Below are positions 1 to 12,310 of a stretch of DNA of 64,000 bases, one piece after another. Location of the stretch: positions 70,246,001-70,310,000 of the forward strand of contig NC_086098.1 of the NCBI RefSeq assembly GCF_963921235.1, in the 5' to 3' direction. Within the stretch, counting starts at the first letter, position 1; the number at the start of each line of letters is the position of its first letter. The notes under the pieces were generated by a model. That model did not search any database. It was not told the DNA's origin and worked only from the letters and a program-made list of their open reading frames with translations. Source of the DNA: Mobula hypostoma. Lineage: Eukaryota. Made by a program: the position numbers and the translations under genes.

Positions 1-183
1 ACGCGAGTGCATTCCATCTAGTCAGGGAGATTTATCTACCTTTAGACTATTCAGCTTCCTGAGTACTTTCTCTGTCATAATTATGACTGCGCACACTTCT
101 CTTCCCTGCCACCCTTGAGTGTCCGGTATACTGCTGATGTCTTCCTCAGTGAAGACTGATGCAAAATACTTGTTCAGTTCCTC
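1..183 (-). mobile_element. CR1 LINE ORF2 fragment (region upstream of RT), cut by window edge
   Basis: Reverse complement reads EELNKYFASVFTEED... and ...LKVDKSP, matching the CR1 copies at 51330-51510. Confidence 0.75.
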
Positions 184-211
184 CAATGTGGGTGCATCCA
201 ATATGGGTGCA

Positions 212-621
212 ATACTGCTTAGTGCTGTGATGTAAGATTCAGCATGGTCACAGCCTTAGGGAAGAAGCTCTTCCTGTGCCTGCTGGGAGCAGAGGCTCCT
301 GTAGCGCCTACCTGATGGGAAGAGAGTAAAATGTCCATGGTTAGGGTGAGATGCCTCCTTGATAATGCTTTTCGCCCTGCCCAGGCAACGTTTATGGTAG
401 ATGTTCTCAATGGTGAGCAACTGGGTGCCGATAATTCGCTGGGCAGTTTTCACCACACGCTGGAGTGCTTTGTGGTCCGATATGGGACAATTGTCATAGT
501 ACACTGAAATGCAGTTGGTGAGTATGGTCTCAATAGTATCGAGCTAAATGTCCGTCAGTATCCTGGGACAGAGGTGAGCTTTCTTGATGCTCTGCAGGAA
601 ATAAAGCCACTGTTGCGCCTT
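212..621 (-). mobile_element. Rex1/Babar-type non-LTR retrotransposon, 3' fragment
   Basis: ORF 256-504 KALQRVVKTAQRIIG...HPNHGHFTLFPSGRRYRS is the typical Rex1 RT C-terminus. Confidence 0.85.
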
Positions 622-844
622 TTAGATAGAAGAGGCATCTGAAAATATACATTCAGAAGTTCTAACACCAAGTTTTATCTGTGGGTATCTCTTTCCCAGT
701 TCTAACCTTACCTCCTTCCACAAAACAACCTTAGAGATTCTTAACACAAACACGAGGAAATCTGCAGATGCTGGAAATTCAAGCAACACACATAAAAATT
801 GCTGGTGAACGCAGCAGGCTAGGCAGCATCTATAGGAAGAGGTA

Positions 845-881
845 CAGTCGACGTTTCGGGCCACGACCTTCGTCAGGACTA
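845..881 (-). ncRNA. Type I minimal hammerhead ribozyme, weakened stem II
   Basis: Reverse complement UAGUC CUGACGA AGGUCGUGGCCC GAAAC GUC GACUG; core intact, stem II altered. Confidence 0.65.
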
Positions 882-915
882 ACTGAAAGAAGAGATAGTA
901 AGAGATTCTTTCAGT

Positions 916-953
916 TAGTCCTGACGAAGGGTCTCGGCCCGAAACGTCGACTG
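916..953 (+). ncRNA. Type I minimal hammerhead ribozyme (intact)
   Basis: Stem I UAGUC/GACUG, core CUGACGA 921-927, stem II GGGU-CUCG-GCCC, GAAAC 941-945, palindromic ACGU stem III, predicted cleavage after GUC at 948. Confidence 0.85.
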
Positions 954-1777
954 TACCTCTTCCTAGAGATGCTGCCTAGCCTACTGCGTTCACCAGCATT
1001 TTTTGTGTGTGTTTCAAGGATTCTTAAAATCTGCACTGGAAATTACTATTTTCTCCTGGTGCTTCAGACTGTCTAGATATTATTCTCTTGTCATCTTTTT
1101 CTCATGAAAAGTAATTCAGTAATTTGATTTTGTTCATGATTTTGAATATCAATCATCTTTGCTATTCCCTGTAGAGTCCTTGCACTTATCCTTTAGTCTA
1201 AAAGGAAGATTCTGAAAATGTACAAAGGGTGAACAATGTACTTCATCAATTGATTGATTTTTGATCCAAAGCTAAAATTTGCTTGAGAATTATTCCAGTT
1301 CACTAAAGAATAGGAAATAATTAACTTAAGGATAGATAAAAAAGAAAAAAACAGAAATTCTAAATTATCAAAAGAAACATTTGTCTTGATTTTAATAAGC
1401 ATTGGGATTTTGTTGAGACAAGTATTTTAAACACACATTCACACAAAGCTGAAACAGAAAATCACAAGATATAATGGGGAATAAATATGTTATGATTCTG
1501 ATGGAATGAAAACCCATTCAGTGCACTGTTTTGCTAAAACCTATCACTCGTCACTGATCGGTAAACAATGCTTATCAGCCTTTTATTCTCCCTGTGACTA
1601 TTGAGTTCTCATTCTTTGGCAGGCAGCCCGAAAAATAAACCTTGTCTCTAATCCTTCTGAGAGCGCTGGCACCAGATTAGGATTGGCCTCTTGTTCTGTG
1701 TGGCGCCCAAAGACTCACATTATATTTTTAGCATGAATTTGCGCTCAGGAAGAATGAAGAATGTGTGCACCAGTTCA

Positions 1778-2610
1778 ATGTTATAGGTAGACAGCAATGA
1801 AGGTTATCAAAGCTTGTGCTGGGATCTGGACCAGCTGAAAAAATGGTTGAACAATGGCAGGGGGAATATAATGCAGACAAGTGTAGGGTGTTACATTTTG
1901 GTTGAGAATTTCACAGTGAGTCATAGGGCACTGAGAAGTACAGTAAAACAAACTGATCAGGGAATACAGATCCATTATTCCTTGAAAGTGCCGTCACAGA
2001 TAGAAAGGGTCATAAAGAAAGCTTTTGGCATATTGGACTTCATAAAATCAAAGTACTGAGTGTTATATTGACATTGTATAAGGTATCGGAGAGGCCTAAT
2101 TTGGAGTATTGTGTGCAGTTCTGGTCACCGGCCCACAGGAAGGATGTCAACAAGATTGAAAGAATGCAGAGAAAATTTATTAAGATGTTGCCAGGATTTA
2201 TAGGGAAAGATATAATAGTTTAGGGGTTTATTCCTAGAGAGTAAGAGAATGAGATGAGATTTAATGGAGGTAGACAAAATTATGAGGAGCATAGATAGAG
2301 TAAATGCAAACAGGCATTTTCCACTGAGGTTGGGTGTGACTAGAACAAGACGTTATGGGTTAAAGGTGAAAGGTGAAATGTTTAAGGGGAACTTAAGGGG
2401 GAATTTCTTCATCCAGAAGTTGGTGACAGGGTGGAATGAGTTGTCAGCAGAAGTTGTAGATATGGGTTCGGTTTCAAAATTTAAGGGAAATTTGGATAAG
2501 TACAGGGATGGAGGACTATGGTCCGGGTGCAGGGCAATGGATGAGGCAGATAAACAGTTCAGCATGGACTAGATGGCCTGTTTCAGTGGTGTAGTGTTCT
2601 ATGACCTTAT
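1778..2610 (+). mobile_element. CR1 LINE 3' fragment, degenerate
   Basis: DLDQLKKW, RPNLEYCVQFWSP and R..GLKVKG..F..NLRGNFF..WN motifs, plus CR1 tail. Confidence 0.85.
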
Positions 2611-2989
2611 GAATCTAAATAGCCTCTCTGTGCGATTATAAGAAAGGTAAGAAAGAAATAAGGGCCTGGCGGTTTTAAAGCTAAGCTGAAAGGCAGGATC
2701 TCCCACCTTGCATCATTCTCCTAATACTGCATCAGTATGTCAGCTTAGGTTATTTCTCCATATCTGACGAAATGCTTTTCAGTACAAAACCTTTAATTCG
2801 GACAAAAGTCCAGACCTACAGGGAGAAACACACGGATGGGATGGGTACAATGCAGTAATCTAAGCTAGTATGCTCTTCACAGGCTTTATTCAGTAGCAGT
2901 AGTAATTGCCTGAAACCTTGTTGAATCTTCCTGAGAGGCAAGAGAAAGTGCAGAGCTGAGTGAAGAAGAACAAATCTAAGAGGACAGAG

Positions 2990-3500
2990 CGCAATTGCGA
3001 ATAATGGCACAAGAAGCATTAACAGTCATAACAGATGTACCGTAGAGAGAGTTCTGATTGGGTGCATTACAATCTGGTATCGAGGCACCAATCCATCAGA
3101 AAAAGCTGCAGAAGGTTGTAATCTCAGCCAGGTCAATCATGGACATTAGTCTCCCCACCACTGAGGATATCTTCAATATGCGATTTCAAAAGAAGGAAGC
3201 ATCTATCATCAAGGACACTCACCATCCAAACATGCCTTCATCTCATTACTACCACCAGGGAGGAGGTACAGAAGCCTGAAGACACACACTCAATATTTTA
3301 GGAACATCATCTCCTCCACAATCAGAGTTCTGAACCAACTGTAATCCCATGAACACTATCTCACATTTTGCTCTTTTTTTTTTGCACTACGGTTTTATGA
3401 GTTTCATATTTCTTATTGTAACTTGTAGTAATATTTTATGTAATGGACTGTATTCCAGCCACAAAGCAGGAAGTTCCAGTGACAATAAATCTGATTCTGA
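2990..3500 (+). mobile_element. Rex1/Babar 3' fragment
   Basis: KKLQKVV...ASIIKDTHHP; tail GACAATAAATCTGATTCTGA. Confidence 0.8.
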
Positions 3501-4084
3501 AGAATCACAGGAAAATGCTGAACACTTTAAAGATGATTTTGAGGTGGATCTCACAGGTTAATGCAGAACTCCTGGAATTTAGAAATGTAATTTTCAGCAA
3601 GGTTCAGTATGCCACACATAGGGAGTCAAAGAATTTCTGCACTCATGGACAGATTTAGAATGTTAAACCTGTTTATACACTCCTCATGCAGCCCAGCTAT
3701 GGAGAATAGTCCTAATAAGAACTTCTTAGTATTACTTTACTGCACCTACACTGTGCCAGGTCTGAACTGTAATAAAATCTGTTGATCAACTAATCAAATG
3801 AAATTGTGGGGCTTTATATCAGGGAGGAAATGATAAAATCATAATACCTTTATTTACTTTCAAATATGCATATGCTTTTGTTTATGGCTACAATTTATAA
3901 TAACTAACTTCAACTTTAATTGTTTTTTCAGTGTCCCCAAGTCAGTAAAAATGTTAAAACGTCTTACATGCTTTACTGAGGTTAAAAATGGAGTTGAGCA
4001 TTTTTTTTCTAATGGTCAAATCTCTTAGGAGTCTTTCTTCTGGTGGAGGAAGGGTTTGGGAAGGGAGTTGCTGCTCAGTGCACT

Positions 4085-5400
4085 AGAAACATAGAAAACC
4101 TACAGCACAATACAGGTCTTTCAGCCCACAAAGCTGTGCTGAACATGTCTCTATCTGAGAAATTGCCTAGGGTTACCCATAGCCCTCTAGTTTTCTGAGA
4201 TCCATGTACCTGTCCAGGAGTCTCTTAAAAGACCCGATTGTATCCGCCTCCACCACCATCGCCAGCAGCACATTCCATGCCCTCACCACTCTCTGTGTAA
4301 AAAAAAAACGTACCATGACATCTTCTCTGTATCTACTTCCAAGCATCTTATAACTGTGCCCTCTGTTAGCCATCTCAGCCCTGGGAAAAAGCCTCTGACT
4401 ATCCACACGATCAATGCCTCTCATCATCTTATACACCTCTATCAGGTCACCTGTCATCCTCTGTCACTCCAAGGAAAAAGGGCAGAGTTCACTCAACCTT
4501 TTATCATAAGGCATGCTCCCCAATCCAGGCAACATTCCTGTAAATCTCCTCTGCATCCTTTCTAGGGCTTCCACATCCTTCCTGTAATGAGGCGACCAGA
4601 ACTGAGCACAGTACTCCAAGTGGGGTCTGACAAGGGTCCTATATAGCTGCAACAATACCTCTCAGCTCCTAAATTCAATTCCACAATTAATGAAGGACAA
4701 TACACCTTATGCCTTCTTAACCACAGCGTCAACCTGTGCAGCTGCTTTGAGTGTCCTATGGACTCAGACCCAAAGATCCCTCTGATCCTTCACACTGCCA
4801 AGAGTCTTACTATTAATACTATATTCTGCCATCATATTTGACCTACCAAAATGAACCCACACTCAAATGGGTTGAACTCCATCTGCCACTTCTCAGCCCA
4901 GTTTTGCATCCTATCAATGCCCCGCTGTAAACTCTGACAGCCCTCCAGACTATCCACAACACCTCCAACCTTGGAGTCATCAACAAATTTACTAACCCAT
5001 CCCTCCACTTCCTCATCCAGGTCACTTATAAAAATCACGAAGACTACGGGTCCCAGAACAGATCCCTGAGGCACACCAGTGGTGACCGACCTCCATGCAG
5101 AATATGACCCATCTACAACCACTCTTTGCATTCTGTGGGCAAGCCAGTTCTGGATCCACAAAGCAATTTCCCCATTCCACCTTACTTTCTCAATAAGCCT
5201 TGCCTGGAGTACCTTGTCAAATGCCTTGCTGAAATCCATTTACATTACATCTATTGCTCTACCTTCATCAATGTGTATAGTCACATCCTAAAAAAATTCA
5301 ATCAGGCTCGTAAGGCACGACCTGCCTTTGACAAAGCCATGCTGACTATTCCTAATCATATTATTCCTCTCGAGATGTTCATAAATCCTGCCTCTCAGGA
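4085..5400 (-). mobile_element. CR1 LINE, 5'-truncated (RT through 3' tail)
   Basis: MDFSKAFDKV, GVPQGSVLGP, FVDD, LYRTLVRPHLEYC; (TTCTATGT)-type tail at 4085. Confidence 0.92.
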
Positions 5401-6854
5401 TCCTGCCAGAACGCTGCTCAGGACATATCTCTGGAACCCAGATGCTGAGCATCCAGCAGTGGAAATTTACCTCAACATTAGAACAGCAAAATATGGACTT
5501 TTACTGTGATTTGGGTTGAGATAATGGTGGGAACCAAGCCAATGAGTTCAAGCCCATTTTCAATAATTATTTCTGTGTTTCAGTATTAGTCTTAGAATAT
5601 CTTATTGAGGTGTGGATAAAATTGAAAAAATCTTCAGATGAAAGTGCATATTACATTACTTCTTGACACTGTACAGTCTAATTTTAAATCAATAAAATAG
5701 CAGAGGCCAAAAAGATAACAGAAATCTTGAATCTCTACTTGCCACTCTCTTGATAAGTGGACCTAACAAGGAAGGTTATGAAGTAGTAATCTCTTACAGG
5801 ATCAGTTCATTTTAAAGAGCTGTTTGAGCTACTTATGCCTTCCTATTAATGATGTTTATATTCAACAGAGTTCAATGATTCAGCTTGGGGCTGTCTTCCT
5901 CTTTAAGCTGTAAATGCTTTCTTTGAATCACTCTAGAAACTGGTTCTCACAGATAGCTATGAAGGAGGTAATGATCTGATCTCTGATGTATGAGAGGTAA
6001 TTGCTAATCTTTAGCTAGTCAGAAGAATAAAGCCTCTATAACAAAGCCTAGACGATAAGAGTTTTTTTTCTTGGCTACTCTTCTCCTTAATTTACCTGGT
6101 GATTTTCTTACCTGAACTCAAATTTCTTCACTATTCCTTAAGGGCAAAGGAAAAGTAGATTTTGGCCTTTTAAGCACTTTGTTGTTTTGGCTGTTATTTT
6201 GCAATTAAATACCAAATATTTTTGACAATTGACTTATGTCTTTAAAAAAGCTACTGTGTGGTAAGGCTTATTCTCCATTCTCATTCTTTGTCTTTCAGAT
6301 TATGACCCCTCTTGTAGATCGTTTCACTCAGGATATTCTATTCTGTATTTTGTGTACATAACTAATATGCTGAATGATACCTGATCAACAGCTTAACATT
6401 GTCATTTTAGTGAAAGAGTGCCTAATACTAAAGGAATCATTTCAATTGCTTCCTCCTTGCTGAATGTCTACTTTCCACCTTCTCTGAATGAAACTCTTTG
6501 CATGTATATAATACACTCTAATAGAGGTCCAAGATATTTGTCTACATCCCAGAAAACTGTACTGGATTAATTAGACATAATGGTATGGCACTCAGTACAT
6601 TTGTGTATCTGCCAGCACAAACGTAAAACAAAAAAATCATCTTGCATTTCCATTCCTGATCCCCATTCATTACCTCCTTCTAAGATACTTACTTTATTTT
6701 GCACTGAAGGGCAAGTTTAAGTTTGAACCTCATTAGCTCACTTTTATAGACCATGAGCGGATGACCACACAGATTTATAATATACTGAGTTGAATTTTTC
6801 TCTAACTATTTACATGAATTGCTTGGCAAAGTTTCATGCTCTCACAGTGTACCT

Positions 6855-7100
6855 GGCTAGGTACCGAAAACCTGTGCTGACCGATTGTCTGGAGTGTTCA
6901 AAGTCATCTTCAGCCTCTTAGTGATGCAGTCTGAGGTTCCCACCTCCTTCAAAAGGGGTAGCAATTATGCTGGTGCCCAAAACAAGCAAGGTGAGCTGAT
7001 ACTGCTATGTCTTCCACGTATTGCACAAATTTGTTGAGCCTGGGATAGATCCTCCAAAATGTTGACACCCAGGAAACTGAATCTGCTCATCCTTTCCACC
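6855..7100. mobile_element. Rex1/Babar fragments (plus 6855-6995, minus 7000-7100)
   Basis: LKTCADRLSGVF..IF...VPTSFK similar to 12695-12810; minus piece FLGVNILED. Confidence 0.6.
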
Positions 7101-9048
7101 GTCAAGGATTTCTACATTTGTCGGGTAAATTGGTGGATGTGTTTTCCAAGTTCAATATACATAGTAGCTCTCTATCAAAATTTTTTTCTCCTGAAAGTGC
7201 ACTTAATCTTCATACTAAGGCTGAGCTAACTTTATATATAAAATAAACAGTTTTATTTAAAGTTCTATTTCTTCTTACATCAGGTATTATCTAGTCTTCC
7301 TACACTAGATATGTAAGCAAGATGCAAATATGGGATAAATTTGTCTTCATAGAGAAGTTGGCATTAGACCCATTGTCTTGAGTGATGCAGAATTTATTAT
7401 AGCAAATTCTTAAATTTGGTCATAGCAGGGCCTCAAGCCATGGGGTTGCCTGTTTATAGCTGCCAGGAGAGAGGTGTAAAGCCAGTGTGTTTGTCTGGAG
7501 ATGGTGTGGCGCAGCGTTCAGGCTGCAGTCGGAGCTACCCTCCACCCACCCCAGGGTCTGAACTATTTTTTTCCTACATGGCTGTATTTTACTGCATCTT
7601 CCATGTGCTTATTATCTTGTATGTGCTCTGTGCTATGTGTGACTGTTTGTACGTGGCCTGAGTAATGCCATCTCATTTGGCTGTACTCATGGGTATTCAT
7701 GAATGGTTGAATACAATTAATGTGAACTAAATTGAATCATTTCAGAGGAACAGTAAAGGGAGGAATTGCTGGTATCTCTCATGTTCCTGGTTACTTTTAA
7801 TCCTCTCTGTGTAGTGCATTTTTCAAATGAATCATTGGAAAAGCATTTATATCTGCTCCATTGTTTCATTCTATTTCTGTCATATCTCCAGAGAGAAAAT
7901 TCTCTTTGCTACATTAAGATCATGTTTGTCCTAATGATCCTTCATTACTCTCATTGGAAAATAAGAACTAACTGGATCTCTTTGCCTGGCAGTGTCTGGT
8001 CAAAGCAATCCTTCTGTGGCACCATGATCCTCATCAACCAACTGAAAGTATCCATAGCTCCTTTAAAAAAAAATGGATGTCAGCTTGCATTTATTTACTC
8101 TGTTGAGTACAGAGGCTATAATTTTGATAAATGCCAAACTTTGATTTTGCAATTGCCTTTTATTAGAAAAGGCAAGGTTACGTACAAACATTATATTGAA
8201 CAGTCATCCTTTGAAAGAAAATAAATATTAATTCCAGCTCATAATTCAGACCTGGAATTTAAACTAATTTTTTTTAATACAAAGTTCCAAGCTATTACAG
8301 AACAAATGATGTAAGAACAATAGAATGTTCTCTATGTTAGATTTATAGACAGTTGTAACCCTCAAATTTAATTCGGACAAATGTTAAGTGAAATTTAGGC
8401 ATACATATATTTAGCTAAAGGTTCTAGCAGAACCCTTTCTTGATCTTTCTGTCTCCATCTCTGGAGACAGCTTATCTACTGATGTCTACTATAAGCCTAC
8501 AGACTCTCACAGTTACCTGGACTATTCCTCTTCCCATCCTATCTCTTGCAAAAATGCCATCCCCGTCTTGCAATTTCTCCGTCTCCGCTGCATCTGCTCT
8601 CAGGATGAGGTTTTTCACTCCAGGACGCAGGAGATGTCTTCCTTATTTAAAGAAAGGGGCTTCCCTTCCTCCACCATCAACTCTGCTCTCAAACGCATCT
8701 CTCCCATTTCACGCACATCTGCTCTTACCCCATCTTCCCGCCACCCCACTAGGAATAGGGTTCCCCGTGTCCTCACCTATCATCCCACTAGCCTCTGGGT
8801 CTAACATATAATTCTCCGTAACTTCCGCCACCTCCAACAGGATCCCACCACCAAGAACATCTTTCCCTCCCCCCCTTTCTGCTTTCCACAGGGATTGCTC
8901 CCTATGCGACTCCCTTGTCCATTCGTGCCCCTCATGCCTTCCCACCAATCTCCTTCCCGACACTTATCCTTGTAAGGGGAACAAGTGCTACACATGCCCT
9001 TACACTTCCTCCCTTATCACCATTCAGGGCCCCAGACAGTCCTTCCAG

Positions 9049-9369
9049 GTGAGGTGGCACTTCACCTATGAGTCAGCTGGGGTGATATACTGCATCCGGT
9101 GCTCCCGGTGCAGCCTTCTATATATCGGTGAGACCCGACGCAGGCTGGGAAACTGTTTCGCTGAACCCCTACACTCTGTCTGCCAGAGAAAGCAGGATCT
9201 CCCAGTGGCCACACATTTTAATTCCACATCTCATTCTGATATGTCTATCCACGGCCTCCTCTACTGTAAAGATGAAGCCACACTCAGGTTGGAGGAACAA
9301 CACCTTACAATCCGTCTGGGTAGCCTCCAACCTGATGGCATGAACATTGACTTCTCTAACTTCCGTTAA
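9049..9369 (+). pseudogene. GIY-YIG endonuclease domain of PLE
   Basis: GVIYCIRCSRCSLLYIGETRRRLG...VATHF...EQHL...GMNIDF. Confidence 0.9.
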
Positions 9370-9686
9370 TGCCCCTCCTCCACTTCTTACCCCATCCCTT
9401 ATTTATTATTTTTAATTTTTTTCCCCTTTCTTTCTCTTTTTTCTCCCTCTGTCCCTCTCACTATAATTCCTTGCCTGCTCTTCATCTTCCTCTGGTGCTC
9501 CCCTCCACCTTTCTTTCTCCCTAGGTCTCCCATCCCATGATCCTTTCCCTTCTCCAGCCTTGTATCGCTTTTGCCAATCAACTTTCCAACTCTTAGCTCC
9601 ATCTCTCCCCCTCCTGTCTTCTCCTATCATTTCGGATCTCCCCCTTCCCTCCTACATTCAAATCTCTTACTATCTCTTCTTTCAGT

Positions 9687-9724
9687 TAGTCCTGACGAAG
9701 TGTCTCGGCCTGAAATGTCGACTG
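9687..9724 (+). ncRNA. Degenerate hammerhead ribozyme in PLE terminus
   Basis: CUGACGA core intact; stem II mismatch and GAAAUGUC instead of GAAACGUC. Confidence 0.6.
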
Positions 9725-9934
9725 TACCTCTTCCTATAGATGCTGCCTGGCCTGCTGCGTTCCACCAGCATTTTGTGTGTGTTGCTTGAATTTCGAGCAT
9801 CTGCAGATTTCCTCGTGTTTGATATTAATATCAAACTATTTTTGTTTTCTTTGTTATATCATAGAAACGCAATGCTTCCATGTTGGGCCCTAACAATTTC
9901 AGTGTTCTATCTGGACCAAGCATTCTTTAGAACA

Positions 9935-10310
9935 TAGAAGACTGAGAGCAGATTTAATAGAGAATTATGAGGGGGTATAGATAGGGTAAAGGCATATATG
10001 CTTTTTCCACTGAGATTGGATGAGACTACAACCAGAGGTCATGGGTGAAGAGTGAAAGGTGAACAGTTTAAGGGGTATATAAGGGGTAACTTCTTCACTC
10101 AGAGTGTCGCGGAATGAGCTGCCAGCATAAGTGGTGCATGCAAGCTCGATTTCAACCTTTAGGAGAAGTTTAGATAGGTACATGGAGAGTCGGGATATGG
10201 AGGGCTAAGGACCTGGAGCAGGTCCATGAGACTAGGCAGTTTAAATGGTTTCTGCATGGACTAGATGGGCTAAAGGGCCTCATTCTGTGCTGTATTTCCC
10301 TATGGCTGTA
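9935..10310 (+). mobile_element. CR1 LINE 3' end
   Basis: TRGHG..VKG..FKG..RGNFFTQ motif and tail GGGCTAAAGGGCCT. Confidence 0.8.
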
Positions 10311-10984
10311 TGTGGCATACAATAAGAATATTTAAGAAAAATGATCAAATAGCTGTTCAGATCTTTAATGGAGATTGTTTAAATTTTCTGGTAGAATTCG
10401 TACTAATATGTTATTTTGTAGATGATACACATTTTCACACGAGGAACTAACAGTACAGATAATGAGAAGCTGCTGCCTCAGACTGGAAATATTGAATGAG
10501 GAAAGACACTCAGCTGCAAATGGAATGGAGCTGAAAACAAATACAAACTGAATTTTTGAAATTCTTGACCTGAGGATTGTGGATGCTTAGTCATTCAGTT
10601 TGGTTTCAAAGCTGTGAAACATATCAGATTTTTGGACTTGAAATGAATCAGGGAATGTGGGACCAGGCAGGAAATTAGAATCACTACATAGGTTCAGCCA
10701 TACTCTTGTTTAATGACAGAGCTAGCTTAAAGGGCAGAGCACCAACTTGTGTTATGTACTTACCAGAACCAATTTCATTTAGTAAGAAGGTGCCTTACTC
10801 AGTAACATTACATCTCCACTCCAAATGTTTTTTTTCCCCTTTGAATTTGCTCTTCAGAACACTGGAACCTGCACCACCCTGAAAACACTATCAAGCTTTA
10901 GATAATTTAAACTCCAACTGATTTGAATACCAGAGAGAATCATCTCCCTTCAGTTATGCAGAGTCTGTAGTGAAACTGTATCTT

Positions 10985-11955
10985 CAGTAGTGTTCAGATT
11001 TAGTTTGTATACCTATGGAAAGTTGTACATGTAACAGAGGGAGCACAGTAAAGTTACAGTGTTGATTCCTGGGATGGAAAGTTTTGCCCGATTAGGATAG
11101 ATTAAAAATACTGACACTAAGGTGTAACTCACCTCCTGACTCCCAAAGCCTGTCCACCATCTACAAGGCTCAGGTCAGGAGTGTAATGGAATACCCACCC
11201 AGATGAGTGCAGCTCCATCAACACTCAATAAGATTGACACCATCCAATACAAGGCAACCCACTTGACTGGTACCCTTTCCACAACCATCCAATCCCTCCA
11301 CCATTGACGAACAGTTGCAGCAGTGTGTACTATCTACAAGATGCACTGCAACAACACAAGGTTGCTAAGGCAAGCACTCTTCCAGACCCACAGCCTTTAC
11401 ATTCTAGAAGGATGATAAAAGCAGATACCTAGGAACATCACCACTTGGAAATCCCACTCCAAGTCACTCAACATCCTGACTTGGAAATATCACCATTTCT
11501 TCATTGTCACTGGGTCAAAATCATGGAATTTCCTCTCTAACAGCACTGTGGGTGTACCCACACCTCAGAGACTGCAGCGGTTCAAGAAAGCAGTTCGTCA
11601 TCACCTTCTCAAGGGCAACTGGGGATTGGCAATAAATGCTGGCTTAGCTGGCGATCCCACATCCAATAAATGAATAAATAATAAAAAAAAAACTAATCTC
11701 TAGAGTTCAGAAAAAATAAGTAGTAATTTCATTGAAACAAACCAAGTTTTTTTAATTATTACATTTAACATGGTTGATCCTGAGTTGAAGCATCCACTGG
11801 TTGAGATGGCTGGAGCCAGGAATTACTGTCTCAAAGAAGTGACCCATTTAAGCAGATAAGAGAAGAAATTTCCACAACTAGATAATATGATTCTTTGGAA
11901 TTCCCATTCCTGAGGAGAGTGAACAAGGCAGAGTTTGATAAGCTTTGGGAATTTC
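10985..11955 (+). mobile_element. Old CR1 3' fragment split by the 11122-11692 insertion
   Basis: CVQI...LIPGM before the insert; LEFRK... and 3'-end similarity after it. Confidence 0.55.
11122..11692 (+). mobile_element. Non-LTR retrotransposon 3' fragment (RTE-X-like)
   Basis: THLLTPKA/SLSTIYKAQVRSVMEY...LNKIDTIQYKA, SWNFLSN, QRFKKAVRHHL; AATAAA and A-rich tail. Clade label is tentative. Confidence 0.7.
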
Positions 11956-12310
11956 AGGAAGTCAAGTCAGTTAGCCTGATCTCAGTGGTTGGGAAGATGT
12001 CAGAGTCTATTGCTAAAGATGAGCTTTCAGGATACCTGGAGGCGCATGGTAAAACAAGTAAGGAAAAATCTTGCCTGACAAATCTGTTGGAATTCTTAGA
12101 GGAAATAACAAGGATGGACAAGGTCAAATTAGTGAATGTTGTGTATTTGGATTTTCAGAAGGCTTTTGACAAAGTGCTGAACGTGAGGCTGCTTAACAAG
12201 ATAACAGCCCATAATATTACAGGAAAGGTTTTAGCAGGGATAGATTAATTGCTGATTGCCAGAAGGCGATGAGTTGGAATAAAGGGAGTCTTTTTTTACT
12301 GGCTGCTGGC

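Larger units (their letters stand above)
745..1018. mobile_element. Palindromic mini Penelope-like insertion: two inverted HHR-bearing termini
   Basis: 745-907 is the minus-strand copy and 908-1013 the plus-strand copy of the PLE terminus seen at 9661-9821; TSD GATTCTTAA at 736-744 and 1019-1027. Confidence 0.9.
8433..9821 (+). mobile_element. Penelope-like element (Neptune type), 5'-truncated, with tailed 3' terminus
   Basis: RT thumb (FLDL..YYKPTDSHSYLDY, QFLRLRCICS), Cys linker YPCKGNKCYTCPY, GIY-YIG domain, pyrimidine-rich 3' region, HHR and tail. Confidence 0.93.

Noticed and set aside
182-211. 15-bp tandem duplication TCCAAT(G/A)TGGGTGCA at a CR1/Rex junction (similar 14-bp one at 19179-19206)
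   Set aside because: Ordinary slippage or repair duplications; only two units, not an array
768-1076. ORFs such as MLEIQATHIKIAGERSR... (also 42982-43209, 42993-43184, 45695-45976) recurring on both strands
   Set aside because: By-products of the palindromic PLE termini; the frames differ and break between copies, so this is not a gene family
7766-8224. 152-aa ORF in unique sequence
   Set aside because: Non-ATG start, AT-rich composition, no recognisable domain
10755-10890. Minus-strand donor and acceptor-like sites (GTAAGT, GTAAGG, TTTTCAG)
   Set aside because: No recognisable peptide and a weak pyrimidine tract; expected by chance
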